The notes under the pieces: model-generated
Told to the model about the DNA's origin: nothing
Database searches by the model: none
The model's input: only the letters and a program-made list of their open reading frames with translations
In this document: one piece after another, positions 1 to 10,232 of the stretch
How the letters are laid out: each line of letters opens with the position of its first letter
Position numbering within the stretch: position 1 is the stretch's first letter
Assembly (NCBI GenBank): GCA_020536535.1
Contig: JAHLWZ010000562.1
Span: forward strand, 33,551 to 97,550
DNA length: 64,000 nucleotides
Direction: 5' to 3'
Source of the DNA: Pelomyxa schiedti
Lineage: Eukaryota; Protista; Evosea
Made by a program: the position numbers and the translations under genes

Positions 1-1422
1 GGGGAGGTCCTTGTACCAGCCAACGAGTGGAGTTGCATGATGAGAGCTTCTGAGACAGTATACTTTGACAAAGAGCATTGGAAAATGGTAATTAAGCAGG
101 ACCTGGTCCCGTCTTGCAGCTTGAATATGGGGAAAGATCTGGGGTCAAGGCCGATCAGTCAATCAGTGCAGGAAGAGCCAGAACCAGTTGGCCCATTCTT
201 CGAAGCAACTGAATTGCGTAACACAATAACATCAATGGAGTTCAAAAAAGCTCTCTGTGCGATATTGGATGTCCGGCGCGATTCGAAACACACTGGTGAT
301 AAACAGGAAGAGAAGCAACGCACAGCAGATAAATTGCAAGAGATGGCAAATTGGAGCTATCTGTGGGTTGACAGTCTCAGCACGAAGTATTTCTTCAAGG
401 GGACTGATGTTACCGTCGCCCCATCTCATGGGGATGCTCCACTGCCCTCCCCTTGTGTGTTTGATCCCGTGCAGAAGAAAATTATCGCAACCGGTGAACC
501 CATGTGCACCACTATTGTGGCAAAAGAAATTGTGAACTTCCTACAGTTGGACATCGATTACGGCTGTATCTCTGCCATGCTTCAAACGAGCAAAGATAAA
601 CTATTGCAAGCCATCATTCAGCTGGGCATTCCCATCGGGTTGAAGAACTTCGCACAGTGCGGAGAGCCAGTTCTGGACTCGGAGCACTACCTCTTGCAAA
701 AGAAACTGTTCAGCATCACCTTTGCCAAAGGGGAGATTGTCACCTATGTTGACGCCAATGAGACATGGCGGTACGGGCTGGTGCTTGCTTCGGGCACAAC
801 CGTGGAGCCTTCAGTCCAGATAAATTCCTGCAACACATCCACATTGCACCCATCACTCATCATGCGCATGACTCAGAAGCTTTCCTCGCGGGAGTCGCAG
901 CAGCCGGCAAGCCTCAGGGAGATAGTCACATCCGCCAACACCCTTGCCGAGAACTTGGCGACACTGAGCTTCAATCAACAGTGGTTCGCGCTTCTCCGCA
1001 TGGCGGCGGTGTTGGAGACGTGCAAAGCAGACAGCCCCGAGGCAACGCGGGCGTTCCGCATGATCACCAAGCACCTCGACCAGCTCCCGCCGCTCCTTCT
1101 GCTATTCAAGCGGAACAGCGAAATCGCGGACCTTGTGATGTACTACCTGTGCAAGGAGGAAGCTCTTGCACTGGGCCGGACATGCAAGTGGCTGTACCGC
1201 GTGGTGACCTCCAGCCTGGTTTACCGCTTTCTGGCCACGAGGTCCGGAGTTGTAATCTCGGATGAGGCGGGGGTTGAACCCCCGACCAATCGCACCAGAA
1301 CAACTCCGGCACGCCGGCGTGCTGCGCAGCGGCGCCGTGCCCAACACACACCAACCCCCGTGATCGACGATTGTGGGTGCCTCCATTGTCCTTTGCATTG
1401 TGGTCTTGGCAACCATTCTTAA
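1..1422 (+). CDS. 3' part of a sacsin-like protein with a C-terminal F-box-like motif (5' end outside the window)
   Basis: Frame is open from base 1 and intronless. 'FAKGEIVTYVDANETWRYGLV' resembles the sacsin C-terminal SH3-like region. 'NSEIADLVMYYLCKEEALALGRTCKWLYRVVTSSLVYRFL' fits the F-box pattern. Confidence 0.5.
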   Translation, partial: GEVLVPANEWSCMMRASETVYFDKEHWKMVIKQDLVPSCSLNMGKDLGSRPISQSVQEEPEPVGPFFEATELRNTITSMEFKKALCAILDVRRDSKHTGDKQEEKQRTADKLQEMANWSYLWVDSLSTKYFFKGTDVTVAPSHGDAPLPSPCVFDPVQKKIIATGEPMCTTIVAKEIVNFLQLDIDYGCISAMLQTSKDKLLQAIIQLGIPIGLKNFAQCGEPVLDSEHYLLQKKLFSITFAKGEIVTYVDANETWRYGLVLASGTTVEPSVQINSCNTSTLHPSLIMRMTQKLSSRESQQPASLREIVTSANTLAENLATLSFNQQWFALLRMAAVLETCKADSPEATRAFRMITKHLDQLPPLLLLFKRNSEIADLVMYYLCKEEALALGRTCKWLYRVVTSSLVYRFLATRSGVVISDEAGVEPPTNRTRTTPARRRAAQRRRAQHTPTPVIDDCGCLHCPLHCGLGNHS

Positions 1423-2121
1423 ACTGTAATTTGGTAACAAAGAAACACAGCACTGTTGTCCTTCCATGAGTTTTTTTCTTACTTTGAAAAGGATGTTGTA
1501 TTGTTCAACCAACAAGTTGTGATGGTTTTTCGGTTGCAAGGGTGGTGGTTTCAGCTTTGGTGTGAGTGGCACGTCCTCACGGGGAGTGACTGCACTCGTT
1601 GTTGTAGTGGTCATTTAAAGTTTGAAAGAGAAGAAGAATATGTTTATTATTTTACTTGTTCTGAGGTGAGTGAAAGCGGCGTTGCTTATAAGCCCAGAGT
1701 CCCATGAATTCCGAGTATTCTGTGGACGCGATGCACAGCATCAGGTGTCATGGAATTCCCAGAAGTTGTCCGACTTCTGAGGGTCGCTCTGTGCCGACAC
1801 CGCGATTCCCTTTTTTGGGAAGTCATCACTTTCACATTGGCTTCCTGTTGTGACCCCTTCACACGGAACAGAGAGAACCTGGACCTTTTCTGCCCCGTTG
1901 ATGCCAAAGATAAGAAACATTTTATTTTTTCCCAGGCCACCTCAGTGGGTACTTTTTAGAGAGAACTGAATAAAACACCTTCGCTCTGCAAATGCAGAGG
2001 CAGAGTGAGCCCCATCATCCTCAAAACTTGGGCTTTTATCGGAATTTGATTCAAGTTGATTGCAGCCGGAAATCGAATTGTTTTGCCATCGACTTGGGAC
2101 GGAGAAATTTGACGGCGACCA

Positions 2122-5100
2122 ATGGCCAACACCAGTGATCATAGTGACGGGAAGGAAGAATATGACTACTTCTTCAAAATCCTTTTAGTGGGAGACTCGA
2201 ACGTCGGCAAGGTTGTGACAGTTCTTTCTGGAGATTTGAGTGGAATCTTACGTTTTCCAAGACCTGCCTATTACTTCGATATGTCGACGATACGTTCACA
2301 GAAAGACGCAATAACGTCAGCATAGACTTCAAAATAAAAACACTTACTGTGGAAGGAAAGATTATTAAAGTGCAAGTGTGGGACACTGTCAGTAAGGAAC
2401 GATTCACAACCTCGTGAGCTTCCTCCCTTAAGCCTTCAAGTTCCATTTTCTTGTGGCTTCTCTATTAAATATTGGAAGGTACTATCGGGGTGCTCAGGGG
2501 ATACTTGTTATGTACGATACCACTGACATGGAGTCTTACACGAATGTGAAGCAATGGTTAGGAGAAATTGACCGGTACGCGCATGAGGACGTCAACAGGT
2601 ACCTAGTTGGCACGAAGTGTGACTTAGAAAAGCGGCGTGCTGTTCCTACCCAATTAGCCTCAGAATTTGCTACGAGCATGATGCTCCCCTTTATTGAAAC
2701 CAGTGCCAAACTTAATATAGGTGCCGATAAGCTGTTCCTCGATATGGTCTGTTCCATAAAAAACCGCGTCGCGCAGGTAGATACATCGGGGGCAACAGTA
2801 CTCCCAAAACCTACCAAGGCCCCAAAAAAGAAGTTCTATGACGGAGCTGCAAAATTCTTGTGGGATCTCTACTGGCCAAGAGAAGAAGCTCTCAAATTGG
2901 CAGCACTTGAAAGGGCAAAGTCCACTGGAGAGTATATCCTTAATGAAGTAGGATTGACTAACTTGCCCAAAAATTTTGGAACTGACAAGCTTTCTACACT
3001 TACGTGCGTGAATCTCAGTAAAAACAACATGCCATACTTCCCTGTGGTACTTTGCGCAAATCTCTCCATGACACTGGTCAAAATCATTCTCTCACACAAT
3101 TATATCACAAGTGTCCCCGCGGAAATTAACAGAATGGGGGCGTTGACAACACTGGATCTCTCATATAACTGCATCTCAAGTCTACCTGAAGAAATTGGGT
3201 ACTGCAGTCGCCTTGTGGATATCAACTTGGAGCACAACGCTTTAAACACCCTCCCTGCGACATTGTCACGCATTTTGCAAAATGCCAGTGCCACCTTAAA
3301 ACTTAGCAGCAACCCAAATCTTGATGTTCCAAGTGCCATTTACTCAGATCGCGTTGCCCTTCTACACTACTTATTGCAAGCACCTTTGGGGGAAGAAACA
3401 AGGTGGAATCAGGTAAAATTAGTTATCCTTGGATCCACTGCAGTTGGGAAGACAAGTCTGTGCCAACATTTGCATGGCACATATAATAAGACCCCATTGT
3501 CAACAGATGGTGTCTCTGTCAATCTCACACCATTCACAATTAACAACGTGGAGTTTTGCTCCTACGACTTTGGTGGACAAGTAATATTGCAAGAGACTCA
3601 CCAGTTTTTCCTTACAGGTTGGTACTTGTCTTCAAATGTCCTTCGATTGATATAATATTAGGCCGCTCTCTCTTTGTACTGGTTTTTAACCTTGCCCGCA
3701 TGCATGAAGCCTTTATTGAGTTCTATTTGACTCAAGTAATGAACTTGGTGACCTCCTCTATCAAACCCCCTATTATTCTCGTTGGCACCCATGCCGATAC
3801 TGTTGGATTTAAAGCACAATCTTTGTGTACAAGTATACAACAACAGTTCACAAATCGGGGATTGAGAATTGTCAAGTGTCTGCCAGTGAACGCTCAATCA
3901 GGGACTGGCTTACCTGCTCTCAAAACATGCCTTGTAGATGTTGCCACAGAGTTTCGTTTCCTCTGAGAGAAGATCAAGTGTTCTTGGGTTGTATTACACG
4001 ATAAAATCAGGTTGATTCAGCAAAAAACACAGGTTTTATGAATATCGCTATTGCTTTCCTTACAACTTTGTTCAAGACTATGCAATGGTCACAATTTTGT
4101 GATATGGCTAGGAGTTGTGGTATCGACTCCGAAAATATTTCCAATGCAGCTCTTTTCTTCCATGAGGTGGGTTCGTTATTATATTTCAAGACCGTGGCAC
4201 AGCAATTTGGTAAACATCCTTTGGTTGTAATCCAACTAACTTCCTCAAAGATATCATTGTAATCAATCCACAATTCCTTGCTTCGCTTTTTTCTACGGTA
4301 ATATCCGTGCAACAATCTTCTTTCATCAGGGATGGTATTTTAGAGGCACAACATCTCCCCTTGATGTGGAAACAGTTTCCACCTGAACAGCACCCTTTTT
4401 TACTTAGTCTCCTAGAGTATTTCAATGTAATGATCCCTCTCAAGGCACTGAAGTATGCTCACAAAAATAACAATGCACCTCACTATTTGCTGACACTAAG
4501 ATAGTGAAGCAAATTCATCGCGATATTTAATTCCATACCTTCTACCTACAAAGGAACCAACCGGAGCAATCACAGCATGGCCAACTGCACTTGCTGCCAC
4601 CGATGTACAATACGGGAGGATTTACAATTTCCAATCTCTTCCAATGGGTCTATTTGGAAGGGTGCTCGTGAGGCTTCTAGGAATGAACAAGCACCATGCC
4701 AGTGGAAACTTGTTTTGGAAGAACAATGCCATCATTGTGCACAATAATAACGTTGCCACAACACCAGCCCAACTCCATTATTTACGTGTGGAGTTTGTAT
4801 GCGTGGCAGGTGCAACCCACCAACTTCATATCTATTCAAGATCTGCACGCTTCGTGCATCCCACTCTCTTCTGTGATGCAATTTCTGCTATAGACACCTG
4901 CTTGGAATCTTTCTACACCTCGATTACAAGGTCAATAACAAAGGAAGTTGTGTGCAATCACTGCCAAGTTCCGACCCACCCCGGGGATGCACAGCAGTTT
5001 TACTTCCGATTTTCAGATGTTGTGCAAGCACTGGATAGTGGAAAACGTGTGATGTATTGTCAAAGAGGAGGATGCGACGTTGTGGTGGACTCACTTGTAC

Positions 5101-7660
5101 CGGACTTATCTGTATCCCATTTGAACCTTATCCCTATTTCTTCTTTGGAAAAGCAGGGAAGACTTGGTGGAGGTACATTTGGCGAAGTATTTAAATGCAC
5201 CTGGGCTGGGAAAGATGCAGCCTGGAAGACAGTAAAACAACTTGTGTGTACTGTAACAGTTCGTACTCTCAATAAGATTAATTATGTAGGACAATAATCC
5301 TAGCAGTCAAGTGGAAAGGTTCTCTGCTTTTAAGAAAGAAGCTGAACTTATGGCCGGATTAGATTGTCCATATGTGATTCAGTTGGTTGGTGTGACAGTC
5401 CCCCCGTCAATTGGCCTTATTATGGAGGTTTTTCCCCTTGACCTGAAATTGCAATTTCACACTTGGGCCAAGTTTGCATCATTTGGCGACTTGCACTCCA
5501 TGGTCCTGAGAACATCTCTTGACTGGAGACAGAAGCATCTCATTGCCCTTGATACAACAAGAGGTCTGGAATATCTTCACTCACTCTCTCCACCAATTGT
5601 TCACAGAGGTAAACCCTAACGATCCTAGGCATTTAAATCACTTTAATTCCACAGATTTGCGTTCCCCTAACGTTTTAATATTTTCGTTAAGTGATTCCTG
5701 TGAGGTGATTCACGCCAAAATCTCTGACTTGGGTACTTTTCATTTACTTGTTTGAAAATTTTATTATTGATCTGTTCTTAGGACTCAGTCAAAAGGCAAT
5801 TGGAGATATTGGCGGCACATTTCACGATAAATATCAGTGCTTTGCACCAGAAGTATTTAGTATTCACTCGAAATCATACAATGAATCATCAGATGTTTAT
5901 GCTTTGGCTATGGTCTTTTTTGAACTTGCATCTGGAACATACCCATATGATGAATTTCACATATTACCGAAGTACTGCACCTCAATTGGAAAGCTGAAGG
6001 AACAACAACTGAAATCTGATATCCTTGAAGGGTTACGGCCCACAATCCCAGAGTCTTTTTCCACAGTGTTTTCAGAGCTTCTTCCAAGGTGCTGGTCTGG
6101 TGTACCGCACGATCGGCCCAAGGCTTCACAGATTGTCTCGCGGATAGAGCAATTATTACATATCCCCCCAGTGAAATCGCATGGCAGCATACAGGAAAAG
6201 CTTCATTTAGCTGGGACCATAGCTGCGCCAGCATGTGACCTTACTCTACTATCACAAGACCAAGTAGGTGAGGGGCAGTTACAAAAACCCGTATGGTCAC
6301 TTTTGTGGGTTGGAAATATACTATTTTGTGGTTGTGAAGATGGGCAACTCGTCCTGGCCACTATATCTACCACAACAAATACAGAAGCAGTTCTTTTCAC
6401 ATCAATACGAGTACATGAGTCTATAATCTACACACTTGCATTTTGCGATAATCGCGTGTGGTGTGGTTCTTGTAACGGGCTATTGCACAGCTTCTCAGTG
6501 GTTAATAACCGAGCTGAGCAACCACTGCAAATATTTCAGGATGGATGGATTATCTCAAGCATAGGTATTGTAACAACTAATGACAAGCAATATCTATGGT
6601 GTGGGACACCAACAGATAATTGTTGCATTGCTGTGGTTGATACCACAAGGAAAATATTGCAAGATACTATCCAATTAGATAGGTTAGTTGGCGCACTGAT
6701 CCCAAAAATGCTAATCCACGCAACTTCGACAGCAAACACCCTGTGTCAAGCATAAAGCAATATAAACGGTGGGTATGGGTGGGCTGTCAAGGCACCATAG
6801 TCTTATTTGATTGCACCTTGTGGCAAGCGCAAACAGAGCTGAAGATATCGGCACGACATCCCGTCTTCTCCATGCAAATACACGAGAAGAACGAGCAAAT
6901 GTGGTGCGCAGCAGGTCCGTGTGTTGCCGTATGTGATGCCAACACTGCTGAAGTCATTCTGCGAATCGAAGTTGGACTTGTTGAAGGAGCTTCCACTCTG
7001 CTTGTGCCGATTGTTCAAGACTTGTGCATCGATGAGGACACCGACATTGTGTGGTGTTCCGATAGCGCTGGCCGAATGCATGCATTTTTCGCCGGGTCAC
7101 TCACTAAGACTCTGTGCTCGCCGATTCCAGACCAACCGCCAGGCCGCACTGTGTTCAGGTCTCTGTGCATGTCAAGAACCAGCAATGGCAAAAAGTACTT
7201 GTGGGCGTCCACTATATCCAGCTTCAAAGCTCTAATAAAGTACCAGCCGATATGCTCGGCCCCTGTAAAGACACCACCACCTGCAGATAATATTACTGGA
7301 AAGACCGGGGGGCAAGTTGATACACCTGCTATTTCAACTACAACTTCAACTTGGACAGCCGCAGTTCCAAGCCCAGTTGTGTCCAGAACCATCAAAGGTA
7401 TGCCTCCCATATTTTCATTTCCCTGCCATCTTCTGACTATCTGTGCAGTTTCAATCACGTACAAGGGAAGGTCCAAGGTGGTTGTTGTGGATTCCCAAAT
7501 GACTCTGCAGCAGCTGCTCCTAAAGAATTTACCCCGAGGCCTCAAGCCTGAAGAGGCTGCATTTGGTACACCTGATGGGGCGGAGCTGGACTCGGACCTG
7601 ACTGTAGAGGCTGCAATCAAGATAGCACCAGAGTGGCACATCATTGAGAAAGACTGGTGA
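2122..7660 (+). CDS. Multi-exon Roco kinase: Rab1-like GTPase - LRR - Roc - COR - TKL kinase - WD40-like - ubiquitin-like; one in-frame TGA at 3964-3966
   Basis: Rab: YDYFFKILLVGDSNVGK, YYRGAQG, ETSAK. LRRs: LxxLDLSYN. Roc: GSTAVGKTS, STDGV, YDFGGQ, THQFFLT, ILVGTHAD. COR: FFHEVGSLLYF, INPQFL, YLIPYLLP, PMGLFGRVLVRLL. Kinase: LGGGTFGEV, IVHR|DLRSPNVL, KISDLG, APE, SDVYA. Short GT-AG introns restore the frame. Confidence 0.85.
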
Positions 7661-7860
7661 CCAAACAAAAAAGAAAAACTTGTTTATCCACTGACCCCAG
7701 TGCATTTTGATGATAGTTTTGGTTTTTTGTCAAAAACCTCGCTTTCCTTCCCCATTTTTCTTTCTGGCTCTCCTCACTGGAGACTCATTTTCCGGGCATT
7801 CCTTATCTTCCACAGAAAAGTGTCCGAATTGGAATTGTGGGTGTTGGTACGGCAAGCGGG

Positions 7861-9989
7861 ATGTGCACAGGGCAATCTGTTGGGGACGGGGCAGTGGCTC
7901 TGGAAGAGGAAACTCTGCGTTCAGTCGAGAGGCACACTATAACTTTTGTCAACCTCAGCGGTATGGTTTCTTATGGCAACATTCAAATCGTCGACGAGAG
8001 TTGAACCCAATGCTTTTTTTTTTCCTGTGTTTTTTTGTTTATTTCTTTTCTTCTGTAAGCCAAGAATGTGGGACCACGTGAGGCGTGCTGTATCGCACGG
8101 GCACTGGAAAATAATCACTCTGTAGAGACTCTGAACCTGGGAAGTTACGTTGTGTACAACAAAAACCTAGGCGGAAGCACTGATAGATTGTATTGTGTTT
8201 TATTTCGTGTGTCAATGCAGGAAACAATATTTCTGATGAAGGAGTTGCGAGTTTGGCCAAATGTCTCAAAGTGAATTCTTCACTCCAAAAAGTGAAACTG
8301 AAATGTACGTCGTGTTTTAATTTTTTTTCTTTTTGCCTCACAGAACCAACAGATAACGGGATTGGCCCAACTGGAGCCCAGGCATTGGCGGAATGTCTGC
8401 CATTCAATAGAACACTGAGAAGTCTATCCTTCAGTGGTACCAAAGTTTCCGTGCAAGAAAACCCTGTTAATCACCAGTAGAAAATGGAATAGCCACAGCT
8501 GGTGCTGAATTTATTGCTTCCACTCTTTCTGACTCCTATCTGGAAAGACTGGATGCTAGTGGTGTGTCACTATGTCCGCCCAACTGTCGCTTCCAATAGA
8601 AAATTCCAGTAAATTCCATTGAATCGACTGGTTGCCAGTGTCTCCTAAAAAGTCTTCTCTCAAATAGCCACCTAAGAAGTTTCGATCTCAGTTGTGAGTT
8701 TTTCTCCCTCAAATGTAATTTGTACTTTCTCTCTTATAGTGAACAATATTGGCGCATCAAAGGGCTCAGATATGTTGAAACAGGTTCTTGAGAGCAACAA
8801 CACGTTGACAAAACTCACTTTAGGAAGTATGTGTATGCTCTTCTGTGTCACCCCCCAATCACTTTTTCAGTGACAGCTCTGGGTGCAAAAGGTGCGCAAA
8901 AAGTAGCCGCTGCACTATCAAATAATTGCACTTTAAAAAAGCTGGACTTGATTCGTATGCCACATCGTATTGTCTTTCACAATTCATTGCCACTAGTTAA
9001 TACCATTGGTGACCAAGGTGCCTCCTGTATTGCTGAGAGTTTGACGACTAACCATTGCCTTGAAGAACTCTTTTTAGCAAGTAGATTAATGGCACCCTAT
9101 TCATTGCTTAACTGAGAAGCCTATTAGGAAATGGAATTGGGCCAGAAGGGGCTAAGAGTATTGCCGAAATGCTTTGCTTAAATCAAACGCTGAAAGTTTT
9201 AGACCTGAGCAGTATGTTTAATTGTGTGTCCCGAGTGTAATTTGATGAAGGAAATTTCGTTGGTGGTAAAAATTCAGCAGAACGAATTGCAACAGCATTA
9301 TGTTCAAACAAATCGTTGAAAGTCTTAAATCTTAGCGGTATGTAATTGAGTGTTTCATCTTCTCCTCACTTGAAGCAGCAAATGGAATTCGAGCCCATGA
9401 AAAGTTTTCCGAAATGATTACTGTCAATACAACTCTGAGAGTCTTAAATATGGCCTGTAGGGAGAATTGTAAATTAACGAAACTAAAAAAAAAAGCTAAT
9501 TGCATTGACGATCCTGGGGGACAAGCCATTGCGCAAGCCCTCTTACAGAATGAATCCTTGAGGGAACTGTACCTTCCAAGTACATATGATTGTTGAAATA
9601 AGGAAACTCACATCACTTTAAAAATAAAAAGGTAACAACATGACTCTCCTCAGTGATCCCTTTTTTGCCCAAGTAGTTGATAAATCTGATTCCCTCAATT
9701 TTTTGCACCTCAGTGGTGTGTAACCCCTTCCTTTTTCAAACTATATTTACCCCCTTTCTCACACACCCCAAAAGAGTCCCGGCACTGGAGCTCCACAATT
9801 CAGGCCAGCATTCGGCGGCTTATCCGCGCACGCAGCGTCGCCATTGCAATGCTGTGTGCCCATCTATCCCGCTGCGGAGCACAGAGCGGCCTCAGGGCCC
9901 TTTCCCCCGATACACTTCAAGATATAGTCTCACTCTTCAACCGGTATTCTTTCAACTTTTCACTGTGTGAGTGTGGAGCGGGTGGGTAG
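7861..9989 (+). CDS. Ribonuclease-inhibitor/NLRC3-type LRR protein, about one repeat per exon, with a C-terminal RCGAxS motif
   Basis: Repeated ~28-aa units (NNISDEGVASLAKCLKVNSSLQKVKL; NGIGPTGAQALAECLPFNRTLRSLSF; NTIGDQGASCIAESLTTNHCLEELFL) separated by ~40-nt introns. ATG at 7861, TAG at 9987-9989. Confidence 0.8.
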
Positions 9990-10232
9990 TTGATAGTGCA
10001 ATGCGCAGATTCTTATTCACACCCCTTTTATATACAGGCACACGCAACTCCTTCTGAGTTTAAATTAACCTCGTTCTGCTTTGCTTTTGTGTGGCTCTGT
10101 CGAGACGGTTTCGGCCTTGTCTCTTTCCTTGAAACTTTTTCCGTTGAACCGACCCGGCGTCGTTTAACCGCCGAACGTTCGAAAAACCAATTAAAAAAAA
10201 TAAAAACCTAATAGTGTTGTTGAGATCTCATT

